64,000 bases of DNA, from the NCBI GenBank assembly GCA_903913645.1, contig CAIWMA010000009.1:319-64318 (forward strand). Reading direction: 5' to 3'. The position numbers and the translations under genes are program-made. Numbering within the stretch: position 1 is the first letter of the stretch; every line of letters starts with the position of its first letter. The notes beneath the pieces were generated by a model, which worked only from the letters and a program-made list of their open reading frames with translations, ran no database searches and was not told the origin of the DNA. This document shows, in pieces, positions 49,692-59,516 of this stretch. The DNA is from an uncultured Bacteroidales bacterium (GTDB lineage: Bacteria; Bacteroidota; Bacteroidia; Bacteroidales; UBA4417).

Positions 49692-50393
49692 ATGGAAAGT
49701 CATATTGCAAAAAGCCAAATCGATATAGATTGCAGTACTCGTATATCGCCGATGTTCCTTTTGCTGGATGCAGAGGAATTGCAGATTGTAAACAGGAACA
49801 AGATTCAGATTCACTTTAAGGCTGGAGAAATCATACAAAAGCAAGGCACTTCTATGACACATATCATCTTTGTTCTCTCCGGCCTGGTAAAAGTATATTT
49901 TGAAGGGGGTGATCAGTGTAATACTATCCTAAGAATTGTGAAACCTATGAGTTTTGTTGGAGGGCCTGGCATCTATTCCGACCACCTGTATCACTTCACT
50001 ATAGCTGCAATGACAGAAGCATCCGTATGTTATTTTGATTTTGCTGTATTCAAGACTTTGCTTGATCAGAATAAAGTTTTTGCTGCCGAATTCCTTAAAG
50101 ATTTCAGCATCAGCATACTATCGGTATATAACCGACTAATGACATTATCACACAAAAATATAGCAGGGAAAATGGCCTTCACGCTGATGTACCTTTTCGA
50201 TGACGTTTATGGCGGCAAGGAACAAATGATTTCAATTTCAAGGCATGATCTGGCGGACCTTTCGGCAATTTCGAAAGATAGCTCCGTAAAAATTTTGAGA
50301 GACTTTCAGAATGAAGGAATTATACGAATGACAAATAATGAGCTTGAATTAATAAAGCCTGAAACACTGAGAATGATACAATCAGTTGGTTGA
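49692..50393 (+). CDS. Crp/Fnr family transcriptional regulator
   Basis: cNMP-binding beta-roll (FKAGEIIQKQGT...VKVY) and a C-terminal HTH (SRHDLADLSAISKDSSVKILRDFQNEGII). ATG 49692 is preferred to the track's TTG at 49656. Confidence 0.82.
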   Translation: MESHIAKSQIDIDCSTRISPMFLLLDAEELQIVNRNKIQIHFKAGEIIQKQGTSMTHIIFVLSGLVKVYFEGGDQCNTILRIVKPMSFVGGPGIYSDHLYHFTIAAMTEASVCYFDFAVFKTLLDQNKVFAAEFLKDFSISILSVYNRLMTLSHKNIAGKMAFTLMYLFDDVYGGKEQMISISRHDLADLSAISKDSSVKILRDFQNEGIIRMTNNELELIKPETLRMIQSVG

Positions 50394-50455
50394 CAAATAT
50401 TTACTTCGAGTAATCCTATTTCGATAAAGAAATTCCGGTTTAATCGCTAGGTGTA

Positions 50456-50860
50456 TTAGCGCATTACAAACGGAACAACAATAGCAATGATTCCTGTGAA
50501 AACTATTACAATTATAAACAGGTTGTAACGGGTATTGTAATTCCCCAACAAAGATTCATCATAATACTTATCAACATCCTTATCCTTATACATCTTTAAC
50601 AATCCGGATACCAGCTTGATACGGGTTTGCTTGCCTTTCTGCAAACCGAAAATTACCACCAGGTTCACCAAAACGATGAGGATAACAAAAAGAAACATAA
50701 CTATAAGCATGGAAGTCTCGGTACGAGATTTCTCGGCCATCCCCGAATTGATTGCCAGGGTGAGAAGGTTAAGCAAAATGGCACTCAGGATAAAAATGGT
50801 ATCCGAACGGGTATTCTGCTGCAATTCATTTGTAATGTGGTTGTGAACATGTTCTATCAT
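50456..50860 (-). CDS. hypothetical membrane protein (3 TM)
   Basis: 134 aa with three clear hydrophobic helices. I recognise no family. Confidence 0.55.
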   Translation of the reverse strand: MIEHVHNHITNELQQNTRSDTIFILSAILLNLLTLAINSGMAEKSRTETSMLIVMFLFVILIVLVNLVVIFGLQKGKQTRIKLVSGLLKMYKDKDVDKYYDESLLGNYNTRYNLFIIVIVFTGIIAIVVPFVMR

Positions 50861-51014
50861 AGCTGCTGTGTTTAAATTTGGTTAAGAAAACAATATTCCC
50901 GGGATAATTGCTAATCGACAGACAAACTCTGTATGAGTTTGGGTGTCAAGGATTAAAAGTACAAATATTTTGATCCCTTTTCAAAATTCATACTGTGGAT
51001 ATCCGCTAGCATTA

Positions 51015-52091
51015 TCAGAAAGGACTAAAAAACGAGAAATAATGATGAATAACCTGGCTGGGTGGATCAAACAACAAAAGATTAGGGACACCTGACGCTT
51101 TCGAAAAATATTTATCCAGTGAGGTTGCCTGCACCTGCAGTTTATCGGAATCAACCTGATTGCCTAGAAATCTTTCAGACATAGATAACAATCCAAGTGT
51201 GTATGCTTTCAATGGGATAACCGGTTCGGGGAGTGTTTTTAAATATCTTTCAAGATATGCTTTTGCAACGGGGAGTTCTGTTTTAGCCACATCCTGGTTT
51301 TGCATTACTTTCATTATATGGTAACGGGCAAGGTCAAGAATCAGGATGTTATTTGATGAATTTGCTTTAATTGCCTCGTCGAAATACTTCTCTGCCTTTG
51401 AAAAATCATCTTTCAAAAGTGATGCTTTTCCGGCTTCGCTGAGATATTCCGGACTTTTAGGATTATTTACTGCTAAGTCCTCCCAGAATTTAACCCGGTC
51501 GGTACTTTCCGGCGCCAATATCGCTTTTGCTTTAGCACCAAAGTATTTATCGAGGCTTGCCAGTTTCGTTGCATAAGCAACAGCTTTTGCACTGTCACCA
51601 CCCATTTCACGAGGCAATAAACCATATATTTCAACCAAGTAAAGACTTGCCTCATAATAATCCGGTTTCAGTGAAAGCACCTTTTCAAATTGTGTGCACG
51701 TTTCAGCAATGCGATTTTTCACCTCGCCCTGCCCCATTTCCATTGCCATAAATGCATTCAGAAAATTAGCAATAGCTTTATAGTAAGCGTATGTAACATG
51801 TTGAGGATCTAACTTAACGGCTTTGTTTATTGAGGTCAGAATATCATCTATTTTCACCTCTCCTCCTCCAACAAGCAAATAATGCTTTAGCCTGGCCATT
51901 TCATAATGAGCCATCGCATTTGTCGAATCTTTGACAAGAATGCTTTCGAGTAATGCTTTTGCTTCATCAACTTTTCCATTCATTCGTAATTCGAAGGCTT
52001 TCTGCACTTCTTTATCTGGTTTGCTGCCGGCATACGAATTGGATTCAAAAAGCACAAAACTCAGAATTAGTGTAAAAATTAGCTTTTTCAT
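51015..52091 (-). CDS. secreted TPR-like helical-repeat protein, unknown function
   Basis: 358 aa with a signal peptide (SNSYAG). It has several TPR-like helix pairs (A.A.YE.ARL, A.YY.A...). Confidence 0.6.
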   Translation of the reverse strand: MKKLIFTLILSFVLFESNSYAGSKPDKEVQKAFELRMNGKVDEAKALLESILVKDSTNAMAHYEMARLKHYLLVGGGEVKIDDILTSINKAVKLDPQHVTYAYYKAIANFLNAFMAMEMGQGEVKNRIAETCTQFEKVLSLKPDYYEASLYLVEIYGLLPREMGGDSAKAVAYATKLASLDKYFGAKAKAILAPESTDRVKFWEDLAVNNPKSPEYLSEAGKASLLKDDFSKAEKYFDEAIKANSSNNILILDLARYHIMKVMQNQDVAKTELPVAKAYLERYLKTLPEPVIPLKAYTLGLLSMSERFLGNQVDSDKLQVQATSLDKYFSKASGVPNLLLFDPPSQVIHHYFSFFSPF

Positions 52092-52302
52092 ACTGATAGT
52101 TTTTTAGTTAATTATTTAAGAACTAATACATTCAGGGAATTGGCAATAACTCAACCGGTTGAAAGCCTGAAAGTAGGCAATGAAAATTCACGATGTAAAA
52201 TTACCGCTAAGCCAACCTTTCTGGTTTGAAATTCTTTTGTAAATTAGCTGTAAAGTATTTTACAAGCATTCGCCAACCTATTTTTCTAATTCATTCGCAA
52301 CT

Positions 52303-53238
52303 TTGCACAAGGAAAATAAAATACTGTTCACTCTCCTCAAAAAGGAAATTTTGGCAACCATGAAGCTAACTTATCCGGCTATGAATCCGGAAATATCGGA
52401 TTGGAAAGGCCAGGAGATTACTGACTTCCAGGAAGACCTTCTGATAAAAGTTAACGGCCGGCTTAGCGAAAAGTGGTTCTATACGCATATGAAATCTTCG
52501 AACACAACTCTTCCGCGTATTGATGTTTTGAACATGCTCAGCAAATACGCAGGGTACAGTAACTGGGATGATTTCAGGTTTAAAAATTCTGTGCAGGTTC
52601 CGTTGGCCGAAAAAGTAAAAATGGCCAACAACGTCTTTATCAAAATACCGCTGCTCCTGCTGTTAATCATGGTTATATTAGTTGTTCTTTACAACCTGAT
52701 TAATACTCAGACGTACAGCTTCTCTTTTATTGATGCCGATACTGGGGAACCTATCGTTAACTGCCATATTAAGATTGATGTTTTTCAAAAGGATGAATCA
52801 CCTGTGAACTTTGAATGTGGCAAAAACGGTATTTTCGAACTAAAGACTGATGAAAGCCGAATAAAAATGATTGTCAGATCGCCATATTACCAAGTGGATA
52901 CTATCGATAGAATTCTCAAAAAGTTCAATCATAATGAACAAATCAGGCTTCAGGCTGATGCTTATGCTCTAATGCTCCGATATTTTTCTACCACAGACGT
53001 GAAGGCATGGCAAAAAAGACGTGAACAACTGGACAAAATGATATCAGAAGAAGCGATTATCAGCCAGGTTCCTGATAAAAAGGAGGGAGATGGGATGGAA
53101 CTTTATGATAAATGGGAGTTTATCGACAAACTTACTATGCCAGCTACAAGCCTGCGGCAAATTGAGATTCTTGATACGCGTTATGAAAACGGCCGGATAG
53201 CCCTACTCAGGTTTAAGGTAAAAAAAGACATAAAATGA
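52303..53238 (+). CDS. hypothetical single-pass membrane protein with CarboxypepD_reg-like beta-sandwich segment
   Basis: 311 aa with a central TM helix (IKIPLLLLLIMVILVVLY). This is followed by YSFSFIDADTGEPIVNCHIKIDV...GIFELK, which resembles carboxypeptidase-regulatory-like folds. The start is uncertain (TTG 52303 or ATG 52360). Confidence 0.55.
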   Translation: MHKENKILFTLLKKEILATMKLTYPAMNPEISDWKGQEITDFQEDLLIKVNGRLSEKWFYTHMKSSNTTLPRIDVLNMLSKYAGYSNWDDFRFKNSVQVPLAEKVKMANNVFIKIPLLLLLIMVILVVLYNLINTQTYSFSFIDADTGEPIVNCHIKIDVFQKDESPVNFECGKNGIFELKTDESRIKMIVRSPYYQVDTIDRILKKFNHNEQIRLQADAYALMLRYFSTTDVKAWQKRREQLDKMISEEAIISQVPDKKEGDGMELYDKWEFIDKLTMPATSLRQIEILDTRYENGRIALLRFKVKKDIK

Positions 53239-53873
53239 AGCTGATAAGTAACTTATTTCTTTTGGCCCTGATTTGGCTCATTTGCGGAGCAAGAAGTTGC
53301 AATGAAAATGATAATTTAAGGGAACAAAGAGAAAGAGAACTTTTATCCGCATCCAAGGACAGTATCAAGGATGCATTTGAACTCAGCTCTCCTTCAGACC
53401 AACAACTGAAAACATTTGAAAATACAGCAATACAAAAACTTACTGATTTTGCTGATTATATGAAAATTGCTTCTGATTCTTCAGTAGACGGAACATTCAG
53501 AAAGCAAGCTGCCGAAATGGCCGGAAAACTATTTATCAGTGGGGGAGTTAACACACGAATCTGGAGCAGCATGTATTATGAGAACGATATAAGTACACTT
53601 GATAAATTGATAGGCACAAGCCTGGAGAAAGGAATGCCATATTATAATGAACCCATTGGAATTACTGTCAACAAGTCCTTGACAATAAAAAATGATTCAA
53701 CTTACGCAGGAAAACTCACTTTTTACCTTCAAAGCGCACACTTTGATGGCTTTAAAGCTCCGGTTTCAACGCCCGAAAAACGCAAAATTGATATTTATGC
53801 TATTAAAAAGACAAAGCAGTTTGGGAAAGCACAGATAAAAGTGTGGGAAGTTTATCTTGGAAATATGGATTAA
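53235..53873 (+). CDS. hypothetical secreted protein or lipoprotein
   Basis: 212 aa with a signal peptide. Its start overlaps the upstream stop (ATGA), which suggests translational coupling. Confidence 0.55.
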   Translation: MKLISNLFLLALIWLICGARSCNENDNLREQRERELLSASKDSIKDAFELSSPSDQQLKTFENTAIQKLTDFADYMKIASDSSVDGTFRKQAAEMAGKLFISGGVNTRIWSSMYYENDISTLDKLIGTSLEKGMPYYNEPIGITVNKSLTIKNDSTYAGKLTFYLQSAHFDGFKAPVSTPEKRKIDIYAIKKTKQFGKAQIKVWEVYLGNMD

Positions 53874-53954
53874 GCTGCAAGTTCCGCTCTTCAAATCTCA
53901 TTTTTTGTTCTATTTCTGATTTTAAAATACTTTTCTTGATAATCTAAACTCAAA

Positions 53955-54377
53955 ATGGAGAAACGGGATTTCTTGATGGATCAGATTGAACTGCTGGGGC
54001 AGGCACTGGCAAATATTTTTTCGAAATTGTATGGACTTAGCAACCAGGGGAAAGTCCCTGAAGCCGTTGAAATGGTGAATGAATCCCTAAAAACTGAACT
54101 GGATCTTGATCTTGCTGAATTATCGTCAATTCCAACTGAAGATTTTATTAGAACACTCCAGGTGAACAAAAAACTGAATCATGCAAACCTGGAGAAATTG
54201 GCAGATATTCTGTTACTGATAGCTGATGATCAGAAGTTAAGAAAAACTGGCCATAATCAAGACTTAAATCTTTATGAAAAATGTTTAAACTTATACAATT
54301 ATCTCAATAATAGTGATTTAACTTATTCATTCGAAAGGCAGTCCAAAATTGAAAGAATCGAAAGCCTGTTATCCTAA
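53955..54377 (+). CDS. hypothetical soluble helical protein
   Basis: 140 aa with no signal peptide or TM helix. I recognise no family. Confidence 0.5.
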   Translation: MEKRDFLMDQIELLGQALANIFSKLYGLSNQGKVPEAVEMVNESLKTELDLDLAELSSIPTEDFIRTLQVNKKLNHANLEKLADILLLIADDQKLRKTGHNQDLNLYEKCLNLYNYLNNSDLTYSFERQSKIERIESLLS

Positions 54378-54416
54378 CGCGATTGAATATTAAATGCAAG
54401 TCAATTTGGTTCTGCA

Positions 54417-55715
54417 TTAAACCACCTTTTTCAACTGCTGAAGCAGGCTGTCGAAATTGTTAGGTATCTGTGTTGCTTTCTTTTCCAGTTTCATTATCTC
54501 TTTTAGCGATTCGGGTAAAGGCACCGCTATATTTGTGGATTTTTCGACTTCTTCAGGAAATTTAGCCGGGTGCGCCGTTTCAAGGAAAATCCCAATACTG
54601 TCCTTTAAAACTCCCGATTCTTTTAAACCTGCATAACCAACAGCTCCGTGGGGATCAGACTGGTACGCATATTTTTCCTGTAATTCGGCCATGGCTGACC
54701 TAGTTTGTTCATCGGTGTACCAAAACCCTTTAATATCAGCTGCCATTAAAAGTTGTTGCTTTTGATAAATTTCCGACATACGAGGGAAATTGCTGGGGTC
54801 GCCAACATCCATGGCATTGGTAATAGTATGGTGAGTGTGCTGAGGTTTATACTCTCCGCTTTTCAGATAGTCGGGAACCACGTGGTTTCGGTTAGTGGCA
54901 GCAATAAACTGGTTAACCGGCAATCCCATCTTCTTTGCGATGAGACCGGATGTTAGATTGCCGAAATTACCGCTTGGAACACTTATAACTACTGGCTTTT
55001 CAATTTTCCCTAACTGAGCGATTGCATTGAAATAAAAAAACGATTGCGGAAATAAACGTGCAAAATTTATTGAATTCGCCGAAGTAAGGTTTACCTGTTG
55101 ATTAAGTTCTTTATCTGCAAAAGCTTGTTTCACCATTCGCTGACAATCATCGAAATTCCCTTCCACTTCCAGGGCTGTAATATTTCCACCCATGGTGGTG
55201 AGCTGCTTTTCCTGCAATTCACTCACCTTGCCCGATGGATAAAGAATCACTACTTTCACACCCTTAATATTGTAAAACGCGTTGGCAACTGCACTTCCGG
55301 TATCACCCGAAGTAGCCACCAATATTACAACCTCACGGTTTTCGTTACGCAGGAAATACTGAAAAAGCCCGGCCATGAAACGCGCACCAACATCTTTAAA
55401 TGCTAAAGTCGGACCATGAAACAATTCAAGGACAAACAGGTTTTCATCAAGCCGTTTTAAAGGAATTGGAAAAGAGATAACCTTGCTTACAATTTTCTTT
55501 AATGCCTCATGCGGAATATCGTCACCAAGCATGGCATTGGAGACTTCGAATGCAATTTCCTGCAGGTTCAGATTTGGTAGATTTGTAAAAAACGAACCAG
55601 GTAAAATTGGAATCAATTCAGGCATATACAAACCCGATTCAGCAGATATACTTTTTAAAACAGCCTCCTTCAGAGATACTTTTTGAGTTGGATTTTTTAT
55701 GTCGTAATAGTTCAT
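54417..55715 (-). CDS. thrC: threonine synthase
   Basis: 432 aa. PLP-lysine motif FHGPTLAFKDVG and the tryptophan-synthase-beta-like fold motif TSGDTGSA. It is the last gene of the thrA-thrB-thrC cluster. Confidence 0.92.
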   Translation of the reverse strand: MNYYDIKNPTQKVSLKEAVLKSISAESGLYMPELIPILPGSFFTNLPNLNLQEIAFEVSNAMLGDDIPHEALKKIVSKVISFPIPLKRLDENLFVLELFHGPTLAFKDVGARFMAGLFQYFLRNENREVVILVATSGDTGSAVANAFYNIKGVKVVILYPSGKVSELQEKQLTTMGGNITALEVEGNFDDCQRMVKQAFADKELNQQVNLTSANSINFARLFPQSFFYFNAIAQLGKIEKPVVISVPSGNFGNLTSGLIAKKMGLPVNQFIAATNRNHVVPDYLKSGEYKPQHTHHTITNAMDVGDPSNFPRMSEIYQKQQLLMAADIKGFWYTDEQTRSAMAELQEKYAYQSDPHGAVGYAGLKESGVLKDSIGIFLETAHPAKFPEEVEKSTNIAVPLPESLKEIMKLEKKATQIPNNFDSLLQQLKKVV

Positions 55716-55860
55716 ATCGTGATGTAAATTGTCTTCAACAATTAGTATTTGTTATATGAGTGCCCATACAAGTCAGATTGTTTGAATTATCAGAATGACA
55801 AAGGAGATGCCAATAAACAGGTCCGAAAACCTAAATCCTAACCCCCAACCCCTTTTTCAT

Positions 55861-56814
55861 TTATTCAACCGCCTCAATCACACAAGTTCCAGGCGCGTTT
55901 AGCTGTGATACATACCCTTCGTTATAAAGTCCAATGTTTGAGAAACCATCCTGGATAATTTTTGCAATCAGCCTTGCTGTCGCTTCACCTTTACAGAGAG
56001 CGAATATTGACGGCCCAGAACCGGCAATTCCACATCCTATGGCACCAGCTTCCATAGCTGCATTTTTAATTGCATCGTAGCCGGGTATGAGTTGTGTTCG
56101 TCTGGGTTCGGCCAACAAATCAGACATGGAACGCTTCATTAATTCGTAATCACTTTTAATCAGGGCAACCATAAATCCGGCGGTATTGGCACTTTGTATA
56201 ATTGCATCTGCCACCGAAACTTCCTTACTCAGCACCCGCCTCGAATCAGAAGTATTCAGTTCAATATGCGGATGAACAACTGCTGCAAACAAATCATCAG
56301 GCCCTTTAACTGAAATTATATCCAGGGGATGATAACTGCGAATAAGCACAAAACCACCCAGCAAAGCAGGTGCCACATTATCTGCATGAGCCGATCCACA
56401 GGCAATCCGTTCGCCCTCCATGGTAAAAGGAATTAATTCCTTTGTACTCAAAGGGCTGCCCAATAAATGATTTACAGCAAAAACCGCTGCTGCCGAACTG
56501 GCCGCACTGCTTCCCATTCCGCTTCCCAGCGGCATGTTTTTTTCAAGGATAATATTCAGCCCGATATCGCTTTTGCCAATTGCCTGTAAATAGGCATTAA
56601 TTGCCACACCAGCTGTATTTTTGCTTCTTTCGGAAGGAGTAAGATGACCGTAGGTACCGGTTAAAGTTATCTTCGAATTATCAGAATCAGGTTGTAAAGA
56701 GACGGTGACAGTATCGCCAATACCCAGCACGGCAAAGCCCATGATATCAAAACCGCAACCTACATTGGCTACACTAGCAGGGGCAAAAGCTGTTACTGAT
56801 TTATAGTATGTCAT
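55861..56814 (-). CDS. thrB: homoserine kinase
   Basis: 317 aa with the GHMP kinase motif PLGSGMGSSAASSAA. Confidence 0.9.
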   Translation of the reverse strand: MTYYKSVTAFAPASVANVGCGFDIMGFAVLGIGDTVTVSLQPDSDNSKITLTGTYGHLTPSERSKNTAGVAINAYLQAIGKSDIGLNIILEKNMPLGSGMGSSAASSAAAVFAVNHLLGSPLSTKELIPFTMEGERIACGSAHADNVAPALLGGFVLIRSYHPLDIISVKGPDDLFAAVVHPHIELNTSDSRRVLSKEVSVADAIIQSANTAGFMVALIKSDYELMKRSMSDLLAEPRRTQLIPGYDAIKNAAMEAGAIGCGIAGSGPSIFALCKGEATARLIAKIIQDGFSNIGLYNEGYVSQLNAPGTCVIEAVE

Positions 56815-56899
56815 AAAATAGATTAGTATTTAGGTTTTGGAATATATGGTAAGGAGTATGGAAGCAATCCGACATCAAACATTCCACATCCGACATTAT

Positions 56900-59356
56900 T
56901 TATCTTTTTAATCCTTCAGCAATTCGCACTATATCAGCTAAAACTCCGGCAGAAGTTACATTAACCCCTGCTCCCGGGCCTTTAATTACCATCGGATATT
57001 GCTGGTAGTATTTGGTGGTGAGACTGATACAGTTCTCGGTTCCCCTTAAACTGTAAAAAGCGTGTGTATCGTCCACTTCCATCACAGAAACTTTTGCTTT
57101 GCCATCTTCAATTTTCGCGACGTAGCGTAAGCGTTTGCCTTTGGCCCTTGCAGCTTCAAAACGCTGATGAAATAGTTTATCGTATTTTTTCAGTTCTTCA
57201 AAGAAAGCAGGAATATCCTTTGCGTTTGCGCTTTCGGGCGACATCAATGGTTCTACCTCTATATCTGACTCTTCGATAGCCCAGCCACATTCCCTGGCTA
57301 GGATAAGGCATTTGCGGGCTACATCCATACCACTCAAATCGTCGCGTGGATCTGGTTCGCTGTAACTGTTATCCTTTGCAAACTGAACAAGTTCGCTGAA
57401 TGGCTTTTGACCATCGTATTCTGATAACAGGTAGTTCATTGTGCCCGAAAGAACAGCCTCAATTTTATTTACCTGGTCGCCACTGTTAATAAGGCTTTGT
57501 AAAACATTAATTACCGGCAATCCGGCTCCGACATTGGTTTCGTAGTGAAAGGGCGTATTCCGTTTTTTTGCTGAACCGTGTAACAGGTTATACTGAAGCA
57601 TATTCTGTGTATTGGCCCGCTTGTTAGCTGTTACAATCGCTATATTGTTTGAGAGCAGCTCGTTGTAATGCTTTACCGGTTCATCCGATGCCGTAACATC
57701 AATAAACACGCTGTTTTCCAGGTTTTGAGAAATTATACTATCAGTCAGTTCCTGCAAATTTGATTTTTGGGAACATGTTTCCAAAGCGTTCTTCCACTGT
57801 GAAATCTCTATGCTTTCTTCTCCAACAATCATTTTGCGGCTGTTACATATACCACAAATTTTGAGTAAAATTTTCTGATCTGAGAGTGACTCTTTTTGAG
57901 TCTCAATCATTTCGAGTAATTTACTGCCAATTACACCGGTTCCGATTACATAAAGATGCAATTGCAACAGCTCATAGTTAAACAACGACTGGTGCAATAC
58001 CCTTAAAGCTTTTTTCAGATTTTTCTGCTCGATTACGATGGAAATATTAAGTTCTGAGCTTCCCTGGCAAATTGCTTTTACGTTGATTCCGTTTCGGCCT
58101 AAGGGGCCAAAAACTCGTGCTGAAACCCCGGGCATTTTCCGCATATTCTCCCCAACAACAGCTACTACTGCCAGTTCACTTTCGTAATAAATATCGGAGA
58201 TTAAACCCGCATGCAACTCTTCCGAAAAAGTCTTTCGCAGCAAATGACAGGCTTGTTCAGCTTCATCCTGAAGTAATCCTATGCATATTGAATGTTCCGA
58301 TGAAGCCTGGCTGATCAGAATAACACTGATCTGGTGCTGGGCCAGAACCCTGAACATTCGTGCCGAAACGCCGGCAACTCCTACCATTCCGCTTCCTTCA
58401 ATATTAATGAGGCAAATATCGCGGAGCGATGAAATTCCTTTTATAAAACCGGTTCCCTTTCCCGATTCGCTACAAATCAGAGTACCTTTATGCAAAGGAT
58501 TAAATGTATTTTTTACCAATATCGGTATCTCTTTCGCCATGGCAGGCTGCATGGTTGCCGGGAATATGACTTTAGCTCCGAAATGGGTTATTTCCATGGC
58601 TTCGTTGTACGACAACTGTTCGATGCTCTGAGCTTCTTTAACAAAACGCGGATCGGCAGTCATAACTCCGTCAACATCCGTCCATATTTCAATAGCATCT
58701 GCTTTTAATGCAGCACCTAAAATAGATGCAGTATAATCTGAACCGCTCCGGCCAAGAGTTGTTGTTTGTCCTTGCATTGTGCTTCCAATAAACCCGGTAA
58801 CCACATTCAAACCTTTATTCTCCGAATAATATTCCTGGATTAATCGATTGCTGTGCTCAAAATCAACTTTGGCATAACCGAAATTCGCATCCGTTTTTAT
58901 CAGGTTTCGGGCATCAGTATAATTTGCAGTGCTAATCTCTGATTTTAACGCGTGAGTGATAACAAAGGCCGAAAGTCGTTCGCCAAAACTCAGGATCAAA
59001 TCGCGGGTGCGTAACGTGAGTTCGCCTACCAGCGATGCACCTTTGGCAATACCTGATAACTCATTGCATATCGCCATTACTTCAGCCATTGCCGAAGGTT
59101 GCTGAGCCATTGGCAGCAAATCCTTGATAGCATTAAGATGCCTTTGTTCAATCTCAAGTATGTTCGACTCGCAGCTTACCTTATCGGCAGGTATCGACTC
59201 ACACAATTTCACCAGTTGGTCGGTTACTCCACCCTGCGCCGATACTACCAGCGTAATTTCATTATACAATGAATGATATTGCTTTACTATATCAATCACG
59301 TTTTTTATCCGTTCGGGATTCGCAATGGATGAGCCTCCAAATTTTAATATTCGCAT
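56900..59356 (-). CDS. thrA: bifunctional aspartate kinase / homoserine dehydrogenase I
   Basis: 818 aa. N-terminal MRILKFGGSS aspartokinase domain, ACT-region repeats, and a C-terminal homoserine dehydrogenase domain (IGTGVIGS...). Confidence 0.93.
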   Translation of the reverse strand: MRILKFGGSSIANPERIKNVIDIVKQYHSLYNEITLVVSAQGGVTDQLVKLCESIPADKVSCESNILEIEQRHLNAIKDLLPMAQQPSAMAEVMAICNELSGIAKGASLVGELTLRTRDLILSFGERLSAFVITHALKSEISTANYTDARNLIKTDANFGYAKVDFEHSNRLIQEYYSENKGLNVVTGFIGSTMQGQTTTLGRSGSDYTASILGAALKADAIEIWTDVDGVMTADPRFVKEAQSIEQLSYNEAMEITHFGAKVIFPATMQPAMAKEIPILVKNTFNPLHKGTLICSESGKGTGFIKGISSLRDICLINIEGSGMVGVAGVSARMFRVLAQHQISVILISQASSEHSICIGLLQDEAEQACHLLRKTFSEELHAGLISDIYYESELAVVAVVGENMRKMPGVSARVFGPLGRNGINVKAICQGSSELNISIVIEQKNLKKALRVLHQSLFNYELLQLHLYVIGTGVIGSKLLEMIETQKESLSDQKILLKICGICNSRKMIVGEESIEISQWKNALETCSQKSNLQELTDSIISQNLENSVFIDVTASDEPVKHYNELLSNNIAIVTANKRANTQNMLQYNLLHGSAKKRNTPFHYETNVGAGLPVINVLQSLINSGDQVNKIEAVLSGTMNYLLSEYDGQKPFSELVQFAKDNSYSEPDPRDDLSGMDVARKCLILARECGWAIEESDIEVEPLMSPESANAKDIPAFFEELKKYDKLFHQRFEAARAKGKRLRYVAKIEDGKAKVSVMEVDDTHAFYSLRGTENCISLTTKYYQQYPMVIKGPGAGVNVTSAGVLADIVRIAEGLKR

Positions 59357-59382
59357 AATAATTCATGTTTTTCGATTCCGAC

Positions 59383-59416
59383 AAAAAAAATGCCTTTCCC
59401 TGATGTTGAGAAAGGC
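59383..59416 (-). terminator. intrinsic terminator in the thrA leader (attenuator)
   Basis: The minus strand reads GCCTTTCTC-aacatca-GGGAAAGGC (9 bp including one G.U) followed by A+T8. It ends 26 nt upstream of the thrA ATG. Confidence 0.7.
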
Positions 59417-59446
59417 GCATTTTAAAAGCATTCCGTCTCAACCCGG

Positions 59447-59494
59447 TTAAGGTTGGGTGGTATTATGGGTAAATCCGGTTTCCGAGTAATTCAT
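59447..59494 (-). CDS. candidate thr operon leader peptide MNYSETGFTHNTTQP (15 aa)
   Basis: An ATG-initiated mini-ORF sits between a TATATTTG -7 box and the leader terminator. It has 4 Thr codons (all ACC), including an ACC-ACC pair 2 codons before the stop. Its 3' end overlaps potential alternative pairings. Confidence 0.45.
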   Translation of the reverse strand: MNYSETGFTHNTTQP

Positions 59495-59516
59495 CTTATT
59501 TTAAAGTTCCTTACTG

